From: Corynebacterium amycolatum
GTDB taxonomy: Bacteria; Actinomycetota; Actinomycetes; Mycobacteriales; Mycobacteriaceae
Assembly (NCBI RefSeq): GCF_049243625.1
Contig: NZ_CP046975.1
Length of the DNA stretch: 32,000 nucleotides
Reading direction: 5' to 3' (one strand)
Part shown: piece after piece, positions 14,904 through 24,100 of the stretch
How the letters are laid out: the number at the start of each line of letters is the position of its first letter
Numbering within the stretch: the stretch's first letter is position 1
Translations under genes and position numbers: made by a program
The notes under the pieces: generated by a model
The model's input: the letters and a program-made list of their open reading frames with translations, nothing else
Database searches by the model: none
What the model was told of the DNA's origin: nothing

Positions 14904-16433
14904 ATGTCGAATCTCTATGAAGGCTCCAATGGTCCGACCACTCGTCTTAACGGCGCGCCGGTTCCTACAGAGCAGCATTCGCTAACAAACGGCCCGCAGG
15001 GAGGTATCAACCTCCACGACATCCACTTGCTGGAAAAACTCGCACACTTCAACCGTGAGCGCATCCCGGAGCGCGTTGTTCACGCTAAGGGCGCAGGTGC
15101 TTTCGGTGAGCTGACCATCACCGAGGATGTCTCCAAGTACACCAAGGCTGCCGTCTTCCAGCCGAACACTGTCACTCCGATGCTGGCGCGATTCTCCACT
15201 GTCGCTGGTGAGCAGGGCTCCCCGGATGGCTGGCGTGACGTGCGCGGTTTTTCGCTGAAGTTCTACACCGAAGAGGGCAACCTCGACATCGTGGGCAACA
15301 ACACGCCGGTGTTCTTTATCCGCGATGGCATTAAGTTCCCGGACTTCATCCACTCTCAGAAGCGCCTGCCGGATACGGGTCTGCGCGATGCCAATATGCA
15401 GTGGGATTTCTGGACTGCCTCTCCGGAGTCCGCTCACCAGGTCACCTACTTGATGGGTGACCGTGGTATTCCGAAGGACTTCCGTCATATGGACGGCTTC
15501 GGTTCCCACACCTACCAGTGGATTAACGCTGAAGGTGAGCGCTTCTGGGTTAAGTACCACTTTAAGACTCGCCAGGGCTGGGACTTCCTGACGGATGATG
15601 AGGCCGCTGAGCTGGTAGGCGAAAACACGGATCACGCTCGCCAGGATCTCTTCGAGGCAATTGAGCGCGGCGACTACCCAACCTGGGACGTCAAGGTGCA
15701 GATTATGCCTTACGACGAGGCTGCCGGCTACAAGGTGAACCCGTTCGACCTGACCAAGACCTGGTCGCAGAAGGACTACCCGCTGATTCCGGTCGGTCAC
15801 TTCACCCTGAACCGCAATCCGGGCAACTTCTTCGCCGAGATTGAGCAGGCCGCATTCGCGCCGTCGAATACCGTGCCGGGTGTCGGCTTCTCCCCGGATA
15901 AGATGCTGCTGGCTCGTGTGTTCTCCTACGCTGATGCGCACCGCTACCGTCTTGGTGTCAACCATGACCAGCTGCCGGTGAACCAGCCGCGCTGCCCAGT
16001 GAATTCCTTCTCGCAGGACGGCTACGGCACCTACCACTACGCTGACCCGAATCTGCCGGTTCATGGCTCCAACGCCGCCGGACGCGGCCCGGAGGCCGAT
16101 ACCGCGGCTGCGGCCAAGGCCGCTGGCTGCCCAGTCCACTCCGGTCACGCGGGGCAGGTTGACGCTGGCACTTTTGGCCAGTGGGAAAGCGTGGGCGAAG
16201 AGTTCTACGCCGGCGCCTACGTGCAGCACCCTGAGGATGATGACTTCTCGCAGGCAGGCGATCTTGTCCGCAATGTGATGGACGATGCCGAGCGCGATCG
16301 CTTGGCAAACAACATCGTCGGTGCCATGCAGGGCGTTTCCCCAGAGGTGGAGCAGCGTGTCTACCAGTACTGGACCAACGTTGATTCCTGGCTCGGTGCT
16401 GAGGTGGAAAAGCGCTTCAAGGCAACGAAGTAA
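14904..16433 (+). CDS. katA: Monofunctional heme catalase
   Basis: Canonical catalase motifs: [20 protein letters not shown] (distal His), [32 protein letters not shown], proximal [14 protein letters not shown]. Strong RBS AGGAGGA. Confidence 0.97.
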   Translation: MSNLYEGSNGPTTRLNGAPVPTEQHSLTNGPQGGINLHDIHLLEKLAHFNRERIPERVVHAKGAGAFGELTITEDVSKYTKAAVFQPNTVTPMLARFSTVAGEQGSPDGWRDVRGFSLKFYTEEGNLDIVGNNTPVFFIRDGIKFPDFIHSQKRLPDTGLRDANMQWDFWTASPESAHQVTYLMGDRGIPKDFRHMDGFGSHTYQWINAEGERFWVKYHFKTRQGWDFLTDDEAAELVGENTDHARQDLFEAIERGDYPTWDVKVQIMPYDEAAGYKVNPFDLTKTWSQKDYPLIPVGHFTLNRNPGNFFAEIEQAAFAPSNTVPGVGFSPDKMLLARVFSYADAHRYRLGVNHDQLPVNQPRCPVNSFSQDGYGTYHYADPNLPVHGSNAAGRGPEADTAAAAKAAGCPVHSGHAGQVDAGTFGQWESVGEEFYAGAYVQHPEDDDFSQAGDLVRNVMDDAERDRLANNIVGAMQGVSPEVEQRVYQYWTNVDSWLGAEVEKRFKATK

Positions 16434-16441
16434 GTACGAAA

Positions 16442-16486
16442 AGCGTTAGCCCTGCAGGTGGTTTGACCAGCTGCAGGGCTAACGCT
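16442..16486. terminator. Bidirectional intrinsic terminator between katA and the convergent acidic-protein gene
   Basis: Perfect 16-bp stem agcgttagccctgcag / ctgcagggctaacgct. Flanked by TTATTT on the plus strand and TTTTCGT on the minus strand. Confidence 0.85.
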
Positions 16487-16589
16487 TTATTTAAAAATTC
16501 TGTCTGTGCATGACAGCCACGGGCTTTGTGGTTGCCTGCACGCCGACCCGTTTGGGGCGGCTAAGGAACAACCCTAAGTGTGAGCTGTT

Positions 16590-16946
16590 TTAGGCACCGA
16601 TGCCCGGCATGCTCGGGGAGCCGTTGAAAATCGACTTCGGAGCAGCTGCGGCCTCGTCAGCCTCGTCAGCCTCTTCGGCGGACTCGGACACCTCTCGGCC
16701 CTGTTCGGCAGCGTCGGAGACACTATCAGCCTCAACACCACTGACGTGGGTGGAGTTGTCATTGTGTGTGGACTGATCGTTCGTGATGTTGATGTCCATG
16801 AAGTCGCGGCCGAACGGAGCGTTCCAGTCGCCGGTTTCCAGGAGGGTCAGATCACCATCGATGGTCGGGTTAATCTCGAAGGTGACGTTGACGGTCGGGC
16901 CGGAAGGCATTGCTTCCAGAACCTCAACGATAGGAGTGACGTCCAT
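16590..16946 (-). CDS. Hypothetical hyper-acidic leaderless small protein (paralog 1, 118 aa)
   Basis: ATG 16946 preceded by AAAGGAACACCAAAA. By my count 24 D/E versus 3 K/R. No signal peptide or TM. Shares three motif blocks with the neighbouring ORF 17086..17385. Confidence 0.7.
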   Translation of the reverse strand: MDVTPIVEVLEAMPSGPTVNVTFEINPTIDGDLTLLETGDWNAPFGRDFMDINITNDQSTHNDNSTHVSGVEADSVSDAAEQGREVSESAEEADEADEAAAAPKSIFNGSPSMPGIGA

Positions 16947-17000
16947 TTTTGGTGTTCCTTTAGACAGTAACGAAATGAAAAATATCGGTTTTAACTGAAC

Positions 17001-17038
17001 AATAAACCGCAGTCTTTTTTAGAGACTCGCGGTTTATT
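17001..17038 (-). terminator. Hairpin between the two acidic-protein genes
   Basis: aataaaccgcagtct (17001..17015), loop tttttag, agactcgcggtttatt (17023..17038); 15 bp with one bulged G. About 50 nt downstream of the paralog-2 stop. Confidence 0.55.
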
Positions 17039-17085
17039 GTGTCAAGGATTGGCAGAGTTATTGTCCTGCCATGAAGCCCGGGAGC

Positions 17086-17385
17086 TTACTTGCCGATGCC
17101 AGAAATGGTCGGGTTCAGGAAGTCGAAGTCCTTGGACTGGTCGACGTGGGTCTCCGGGTTCAGGAAGTCGGAAACCTCGGTGTCGTGGGAGTCGGTGGTG
17201 GAGTAGTCATCGTTGGAGGTGATGTCCAGGAAGTCGTTACCGAACGGCAGGTTCAGGTCGCCACCAACGTTAGCGAAGTTGATGTCGCCGCCAGCCAGCT
17301 GCTCGAAAGCCGGCAGCGGGCTCTCGACGGTGACGGCCGGAAGGGCTTCGAGGATGGTTGCGATATCTTCTGCAGAGCAGGACAT
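17086..17385 (-). CDS. Hypothetical hyper-acidic leaderless small protein (paralog 2, 99 aa)
   Basis: Start set to ATG 17385 (RBS CTAAGGATTTTCTC-ATG); the tracked ORF start 17478 has no RBS. By my count 19 D/E versus 2 K/R. No signal peptide or TM. Confidence 0.7.
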   Translation of the reverse strand: MSCSAEDIATILEALPAVTVESPLPAFEQLAGGDINFANVGGDLNLPFGNDFLDITSNDDYSTTDSHDTEVSDFLNPETHVDQSKDFDFLNPTISGIGK

Positions 17386-17449
17386 GAGAAAATCCTTAGG
17401 TTCTCGGGGGTAAAGATTTTGAGTCGCTCTTGGCGATCTCACAGAAATT

Positions 17450-17478
17450 AAGTTAACCGATGGGCCAAGGGGCTGCAA
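17450..17478 (-). promoter_or_regulatory. Candidate sigma-A-type promoter for the acidic-protein gene(s)
   Basis: The minus strand reads TTGCAG (17473..17478), 17 nt, TAACTT (17450..17455), which fits TTGnCA / TAnnnT. It lies about 65 nt upstream of ATG 17385. Confidence 0.3.
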
Positions 17479-17864
17479 TGAAAAAATAGGTGGCTCGGTC
17501 CGCCTCCAGTTGGTTGTGTCCCCTGAAGCTCGCTCAAATCCATCTAAAAATATTGGAAAGAGGGCGGTTATGAGTCGGTCGGGACGACCCCGGCCTCTGC
17601 CTGAATATCGGATGACAAAAGTGTTGTTTTCCTAATCTTTACCGGGATTGCATTGATTGTTTTGTTCTTGGTGTCACAAAGGTGCAGGCAAACGGCGAAT
17701 TCATCAAAAATGATAACCAAGGGTTCCCTAACTAAGGGAAACCAAAGGTTAGTTAACGGCAAAAACTGCCACTCAATTTAGGGGCATAAACGAGGTTAAC
17801 GAGCGACCCATATCCTATGAGAGGTACATCACATTGTGGGAGGCCAAAAGTGTGGGGAAACATA

Positions 17865-17899
17865 CCCCCTTTTGGGTAGGGTGGGTGGCCCAAAGGGGG
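17865..17899 (-). terminator. Hairpin terminator downstream of the mrp operon
   Basis: cccccttttggg (17865..17876) / cccaaaggggg (17889..17899), an 11-bp G/C-capped stem with one bulge. On the minus strand it is followed by TATGTTT. About 75 nt after the mrpG stop. Confidence 0.6.
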
Positions 17900-17973
17900 T
17901 CTTGGAGAGCACTGAGAGGCTGCTCTGAAACCGGCCGGAAGCAGCGTATGCGGGACGCTTCCCGTGCCGCTAG

Positions 17974-18315
17974 CTACCGCTCCGGCACGTAGTCCTCAGC
18001 GGAGCCATCACGGGCACCCAGCACCGCGCGTCCAAGTACCTCGGATGCGACAGTGGCGACGACCAGGACAGCAACAATGGCCAGAATGGCGGTGAGGGTT
18101 TTGCCCCACGTCAAATCGCCCTGGTCGGCCTCTAGGACCAAGTTGGCAATCACCAGTGCGGGGATGCCCACCATGATTCCGGCTGAAAGCTGGTTCAACC
18201 GGCTCAAGGCATCTTTAGAGCGCCACATGGCCACGCCCGCCAGGAGCAGGTACAAAGATCCGCCAATGACCAGCACGGCAAACAATATAGTTACAAGAAT
18301 TGAAGCGATACTCAT
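17974..18315 (-). CDS. mrpG: Na+(K+)/H+ antiporter subunit G (MrpG/MnhG)
   Basis: 113 aa with three TMs and the typical N-terminus ILVTILFAVLVIGGSLYLLLAGVAMWRSKDALSRLN. Last gene of the mrp operon. Confidence 0.88.
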   Translation of the reverse strand: MSIASILVTILFAVLVIGGSLYLLLAGVAMWRSKDALSRLNQLSAGIMVGIPALVIANLVLEADQGDLTWGKTLTAILAIVAVLVVATVASEVLGRAVLGARDGSAEDYVPER

Positions 18316-18339
18316 ATTGCGATTCGTCCTTAATCGGTC

Positions 18340-18630
18340 TTAGCGGCGGCCACGGGAAATAACTCGGGCCAGGCCCACGGTCGACAGAATGCCAAGCAGA
18401 CCCGCCAGCATTGCAATATCGAAAGTGATGGCCGTAGTCCGCAGCATGGCAGTTGTGAGGAACACTCCCACCATGGGGTAGAAGGCAGCGTCGGAAAGCA
18501 CTGCGCGTGAGACATTGCCCTTGACCCGGAAGATCAGCACCACGCCCACAAGCAGCGCCACTGAACATAGAGCAATGCCAATGCCGCTGATTACCTGTAC
18601 TGCGGTGGGATCGATCAATGTGTCATTCAT
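18340..18630 (-). CDS. mrpF: Na+(K+)/H+ antiporter subunit F (MrpF/MnhF)
   Basis: 96 aa with three TMs. Its ATG overlaps the mrpE stop by 4 nt. Operon position. Confidence 0.85.
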   Translation of the reverse strand: MNDTLIDPTAVQVISGIGIALCSVALLVGVVLIFRVKGNVSRAVLSDAAFYPMVGVFLTTAMLRTTAITFDIAMLAGLLGILSTVGLARVISRGRR

Positions 18631-19109
18631 GAGCGTGCTCCTTTGTCTTCGCCTTTGGAGGCAATGCCATCCGGCAGCGGCAGACCATGGTCGACCTCAG
18701 CGGCAACGCCGACGACTGCATCCGGGTCAATGAACTTGCCCGCGCTGTACTCCTCGAAGACGAAAGCCTTCGGGCGGGGGACATCGCGGAGGCTGGGAAC
18801 GAGGTGCTCCTCCATGTCGTAGAGGGAGTCGTACAGCGCGTCCAGGTCGGCACCGAAGATTGCGTGGATGATGAACAACCGTCCCACATCGGTCTCACGG
18901 ACACCGCAGACTAGCGTGCCAGGAGTCATGGTGATGGACTCGGCAAAGAGAGTGACCTCAAGGTCAGACGTCACACGCAGCGGCAGCCCAATGAGCACCG
19001 GCTGCTGCTTCTGGTGCGAGCGCAGCGTATCGCGCACCACGTCCGTCGCAGCCACAACAACCTGCCAGACCAGCCAGAGGGAATAGCGGATAACATGCAG
19101 GAACTTCAT
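18627..19109 (-). CDS. mrpE: Na+(K+)/H+ antiporter subunit E (MrpE/MnhE)
   Basis: N-terminus MKFLHVIRYSLWLVWQVVVAATDVVRDTL is typical of MnhE. Its start overlaps the mrpD stop by 1 nt. Confidence 0.85.
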   Translation of the reverse strand: MKFLHVIRYSLWLVWQVVVAATDVVRDTLRSHQKQQPVLIGLPLRVTSDLEVTLFAESITMTPGTLVCGVRETDVGRLFIIHAIFGADLDALYDSLYDMEEHLVPSLRDVPRPKAFVFEEYSAGKFIDPDAVVGVAAEVDHGLPLPDGIASKGEDKGARS

Positions 19110-20680
19110 CAGTAAATACCTCCGATGGCGTTTTCAACCCCGCCGAGAGTGGCCTCGCGGTAGCCATCAATATTCAGCAGCGCATCAGCCGCACCGGTAG
19201 TCGCCCAAGTGACGGCACCGACCGCGACAAACATTGCCACAGAAACAATTGCCAGCATGGCGGACGGCGCAACCAGCGCGCCCGGAACGCGAACGGAATC
19301 GTCCACACCCTGCATGGGGCGGCCCCAGAAGACCGCGCGCCACAGCCGAATCATGGCCAGCAGCGAGCCCAGCGAGGCCACGATGATTGCGGTGATTGCA
19401 ATAATCGAACGGGCATCGCCAGTAGCGGCAGAGGCAAAGACAATGCCCACCTTGCCCCACACACCGGAAAATGGCGGGAAACCAACAATGGAGAAGCTCA
19501 TCGCCGCCATCACCCAAGCGACTGCTTGGTCGCGGCGGGCAAGCCCAGAAAGCCTGGAGAGCGTACCCGTACCGTAGGTCTCTTCCACCGCACCGGAGCC
19601 CAGGATGAGGGCACCGACAGTCACCATGTGGTGGATCGCGTAGAAAATACCCGCAGCCAGTGCTGCCTTGGCGCCCTGGCCGTCGTTAGCATCCGTGAAC
19701 GCCAGCACAATCAGAATGAACGGCATACCCGTGACCATCTGGTAGGCGAGCACCTCACGCATGGTGTTCTCGGCGAGACCAGCAAACGCGCCAACCAGCA
19801 TCGAGATCGCCATGATGATAATGATCGGCCAGTGCCAGGAGGGGTTCATGCCCACAATCACGACGTAGATGCGGAAGAGCATGTACACCGCCACCTTCGT
19901 ATGCACCGCAGAGAACAGCGCCATCACCGCAGGGCTTGTCGACGGGTACGTCCTAGGCAACCACGTGTGCGCCGGAACCAAACCAGCCTTCACACACAGT
20001 GCGATGATGACAATGCCCAACGCGACCACACCCGTGCCGCCAGGGCCGCCCTTGCTGGCCATGTCGGCCAGCATTGCGATGTTCACATTGCCCGCCGAGC
20101 CGTAGATCAGCGCGACACCAATCAGCAACACCGTGGAGGTCAAGAGGTTGACCAGCACGAAGTTACGGCCAGCAGCCAGGCGGTGCCAGGTACCGGTGAC
20201 CGCAATCAGGCCGTAGGAGGGCAGCAGCATGACCTCCATGAACACGAAGAAGTTGAACAGGTCGGCAGTCAGGAAAGCACCCGACATGCCGGACAGCATC
20301 ATCAGCGTCAGGGAAGGGAAGAAACGAGAGGTGTTTTCACCCGCGACGTGGGCGAACCAGTTACCGATGGCAACCACAGCGGCAGCCACACCCAGCATCA
20401 GCATGGAGAACGTGTCCGCCAGGAAAGGAATCGAGATACCACCGGGGAACGCGCCCACGCCGTGGCCGACCGGGCCGTTTTCAGTGACGTAGAACATCAC
20501 CCAAAATGCAGCCAGCGACGATAGGGCCGGAACGGCGATGCCCATCGTCGCGCGCATCCACAGCTTCGGCAGGATGGCTGTGACTGCCGACAAAATCAGC
20601 GGCAGTGCCGCAAACAGTGGCAGTAGCGAAGACAAAGTTGAAGGGGACATTGCAGAGGTCATTGCAGAGGCTTCTACCAT
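19109..20680 (-). CDS. mrpD: Na+(K+)/H+ antiporter subunit D (MrpD/MnhD, NuoN/NuoL-like)
   Basis: 523-aa polytopic protein with complex-I antiporter-like motifs (LLPSYGLIA, HTWLPRTYPSTSPAVMALFSAVHTKVAVY). 7-nt overlap with mrpC. Confidence 0.92.
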   Translation of the reverse strand: MVEASAMTSAMSPSTLSSLLPLFAALPLILSAVTAILPKLWMRATMGIAVPALSSLAAFWVMFYVTENGPVGHGVGAFPGGISIPFLADTFSMLMLGVAAAVVAIGNWFAHVAGENTSRFFPSLTLMMLSGMSGAFLTADLFNFFVFMEVMLLPSYGLIAVTGTWHRLAAGRNFVLVNLLTSTVLLIGVALIYGSAGNVNIAMLADMASKGGPGGTGVVALGIVIIALCVKAGLVPAHTWLPRTYPSTSPAVMALFSAVHTKVAVYMLFRIYVVIVGMNPSWHWPIIIIMAISMLVGAFAGLAENTMREVLAYQMVTGMPFILIVLAFTDANDGQGAKAALAAGIFYAIHHMVTVGALILGSGAVEETYGTGTLSRLSGLARRDQAVAWVMAAMSFSIVGFPPFSGVWGKVGIVFASAATGDARSIIAITAIIVASLGSLLAMIRLWRAVFWGRPMQGVDDSVRVPGALVAPSAMLAIVSVAMFVAVGAVTWATTGAADALLNIDGYREATLGGVENAIGGIY

Positions 20681-21156
20681 TTCTCGTCACCGCCGAAAGG
20701 AGTCTCGCGCGGGAACTTGTTCGGAGCCGAAGAGACCCCTGGGGTACCGGTGACCGTGGAGTCCGAGTCCGCCGGAACATTCTTACCCGCACGACGACCA
20801 GCCGTCGACAGCTGTCGCATAGCCTCGCGATCCTCATGGATACGAGTGTCGTCATCACGGCCCAAACCAGCCAGTGCCAGCATGAACGCGGTCACAGCCA
20901 TGGTGATCACGATGGCCGTCAGCACGAATGCCTGCGGCAACGGGTCAGCCATCTGCTCGGCAGCGCCAGCGCCCGCAGTGGCTTCGTTGCCCAGCAGCGG
21001 CTCGCCGCGCCAGGCGCCGACACCCGTGGACAAAATAATCAGGTTAGCGGCATGGGAAATCAGAGTCATACCGATAATGGTGCGCAGCATGCCGCGCTGT
21101 AGCACCAGGTACGTGCCACCGCCAGCGAGGACGGCAGCCATGATGGCGATAATCAC
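20674..21156 (-). CDS. mrpC: Na+(K+)/H+ antiporter subunit C (MrpC/MnhC, NuoK-like) with extended hydrophilic tail
   Basis: N-terminal ~105 aa are NuoK-like (MIIAIMAAVLAGGGTYLVLQRGMLRTIIGMTLISHAANLIILSTG). They are followed by a ~55-aa charged tail. 4-nt overlap with mrpA. Confidence 0.88.
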   Translation of the reverse strand: MIIAIMAAVLAGGGTYLVLQRGMLRTIIGMTLISHAANLIILSTGVGAWRGEPLLGNEATAGAGAAEQMADPLPQAFVLTAIVITMAVTAFMLALAGLGRDDDTRIHEDREAMRQLSTAGRRAGKNVPADSDSTVTGTPGVSSAPNKFPRETPFGGDEKW

Positions 21157-24100
21157 TTCTTGGCCTCCTCAACGGTGGCATGAGCTGGGGCGGGAGCACT
21201 TTCCGCTTCTGAGGCGAACACGCCCATCTCCGGCGGCACCCGCAAGCTAGAGCGGTCTGAGTAGAGATCCTGCATCACATCGTCCGACCCGGTCACCCCA
21301 GGACGGTTCGGGCCGCCCAGGAGATTCAGTGCGGTCGCCACAATGCCGATGACGGCCAGGTACACGCCGACGTCGAAAAGCAATGCCGTGGTGAGGTGCT
21401 GGCCCAGGAACTCGCCGTACAGCGGTGCCAAGAACGACCCCTTGGCGAATCCGATGAAGCCCGTGACGATTGCTGTTATGACACCCGCAGCGCTGAGCGC
21501 CACCGGGGTCTTCTTGCCGAAGACCAGCTCGTCGCGGTCCTTGGACAGGTAAACCAGCATCACGGCGGCGGCACCAATCAGCGCCGCGTTGAAGCCGCCA
21601 CCCGGGGCGGTACCGCCGCGGTAGAGAACCACGGCAGACAGGGCGAACAGAACCGGCGACAGCCAGCGGACCAGCCAGCGCATCATGATGGAGTTCAGAG
21701 CGGGCTCCGCAAGCGGGGAGGGCTGATCGAGCAGGTGCGGGAAGCGAGGCATCGACGTGACAACCGCTGCCATCGCGACGCCCGCCATACCGAGAACCGC
21801 CAGCTCACCCATGGTATCGAAAGCACGGAACTCAACCAGGATCACGTTGACAATATTGGTTTCGCCCGTGACCTTCTCAGTGTTGTCGATGTACCACTGC
21901 GCAACCTCAGGCAACTGACGACGGCCAGTGAGGAACCACACCGCGCCGAACGTAGCCAAGCCTACGGCAGCTGCCACGACCGCGGCGGAAGCCTGGCGGT
22001 TCTTTGAGGTCTCAGAGAACGCGCGAGGCTGGAAGCGCAGCACCAGCATCATCAGCACGACAGTCAGGATTTCCACCATGAACTGCGTCAATGCCACATC
22101 TGGTGCGCCCAGCAGGAGAATCTGCAACGTGACACCAACACCGGTGACGCTGAGCAGCACAGCCGCCTGTAGACGGTTCTTTGCCCGAAGCGTGGCCCAC
22201 ACACCAATCAGGACAACGACCAGCGGAATCAGATCGGTCAGGTGGTCGATGTCGTCGATCTTCGGTAGCACCGGAGCACCGCCGACACCCGGAGCGATTG
22301 CAATGACCAGGGCGTACACCGCGAGCAGACCAAGCAGCGGCAACAGGTGACGCGACGGCTGATGCGAACGCGCCATCTTCGCCAGCACGCGACCCACGCG
22401 CTGCGAGACGCTCAGCGACGCATTGATTGCCTCCACGCCAGTGAACGGGAAGAGCTTGCGGTCGGCCATGACAGCGCCTACGCGAGCGCGAGTGAAGATG
22501 AAGCCCACGCCGACAGCCAGCACAATCACAGAGATAATCAGCGGCACATTTATTCCGTGCCACAGGCTCAAGTGCGATTCCTGAGTCGTGCTAGCCGGAA
22601 GCTGACCGACCGTATCCGCCACGCGGTCCAACGGACGGTTCAAAATAGCGCCGGCAGCGAAGGCTGCAGGCAGGCTCAGCACGCCAGGGATGGCGGCCGG
22701 AAGCCACAGCGAAATCGGGGCCTCAGTGATGTGGTCAACGTTGCGCGGACCATCCACGAACGCACCGAACACCAAACGTGCCGAGTACGCGAAAGTACCA
22801 ATCGCACCAATTGCCGCCACTGTCAGCAGGATGACCACGCCGGTGTTGGTCAAAGGTGCGCCCTCGAATGCGGTCAGCATGCCCTCCTTCGACATGAAGC
22901 CGAAAAACGGCGGAATTGCCGCCATCGATGCCGCACCGAAAATCATCGAGCCAAAGCTCCACGGCATCTGCTTCCACAGCGGACCCAAGCGACGAATGTC
23001 GCGCGTGCCCGCCTGGTGATCAACCACGCCAGCCATCATGAACAGCGAAGACTTAAACATCGCATGCGCAATGGTGTGCACAACCGCAGCCATAATGGCG
23101 AACTTCGTGCCCACACCAATCGTGGCGACAATCCAACCCAACTGCGAGACCGTCGAGTACGCAATCAGCTTCTTCAAGTCAGTCTGCTGCAACGCAAAGT
23201 AGGCCGTGGCAACAGCCGTCCACATACCCATGACAATCAGCAGCAACTGCCACACGCGCACGTCCGCGAAGACCGTGGAAAAACGCATCAGCAGGTAAAC
23301 GCCCGCCTTGACGACGGCCGCTGCGTGCAAGAAAGCCGAGACGGGAGTTGCTGCCGCCATGGCCTCTGGAAGCCAGGCGTGGAAAGGGAACTGAGCTGCC
23401 TTCGTGAAAGCACCCAGGGCCACCAGCGCGGCAATGAGACTGCGTGCTGCCGGGTTGGCCTCCCACTCAGGCGAAGCCAAAACCTCGGTGAGGTTCGTGG
23501 AACCGGTCAGCCACACAGCACCGCCGAGGGCGGCCAGAAGCAGCAGGCCGCCGGTGAAGGTCAGCAGGAGTGTGCGCAACGAGCCCAACTCGCCCGACGA
23601 GCCCGACCTTGCAATGAGCAGGAACGACGCCATCGAGACCAGCTCCCACCCAATGAAGAGGAGCATTATGTCGTCGGCAAGCACGAGGAGCAAAACCGCC
23701 AGCATGAACGCCGTCATCAGGACGTAGAAGCTCATCGCGGACTTCTTAGGCGGCAAATACGCGGTGGAGTAGATGAAGACTATCGAGCCCACCAACAGCG
23801 CCAAGAAACTGAACACCATGGAGAGAGGATCGAGCTTCAGCGCAAACGCCGCGTTTAGCTCCGGGGACCAGACGCGGGACCAGGTGAAGGTGGTGCCGTC
23901 GAGGATATCGCCCGTTACACGCGAAAGCTGGACCACCGACGCGAGAAAAAACGCGACGATGGGCCAGCCTGCGTGACGACCAAGGAGCTTCACAAACAGC
24001 GGGGTCAGCGCCAGGGCAACCGCGACCAACAGCGGGACCGAAAGGAGGGTCAGGCTGTCGGTGGAGGCTTGGGTGGCTTGAGCTGCTTGGGCTGCGAGCG

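Noticed and set aside
14982-16229. 415-aa ORF antisense to katA (plus 15958..16308 and 16063..16278)
   Set aside because: A shadow ORF typical of GC-rich DNA. It is fully overlapped by a catalase gene with textbook motifs. It has Arg/Val/Leu-rich nonsense composition and no RBS.
16590-17385. C-terminal GIGA/GIGK as an encapsulin cargo-loading peptide, or the pair as WXG100/ESX substrates
   Set aside because: The ending only loosely resembles the GSL-x-IGSLK type tag, and no encapsulin shell gene is present. There is no W-x-G hairpin motif, no YxxxD/E signal and no ESX genes nearby.
17568-17762. 64-aa minus-strand ORF in the A/T-rich spacer
   Set aside because: TTG start, no RBS, low-GC non-coding-like composition and no motif.
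19526-23858. Long plus-strand ORFs antisense to mrpD and mrpA (19526..20524, 21396..22007, 22347..23858, and others)
   Set aside because: Their His/Arg/Gln-rich low-complexity translations mirror the codon bias of the real minus-strand membrane genes. They have no motifs or RBS. The mrp genes explain the region.
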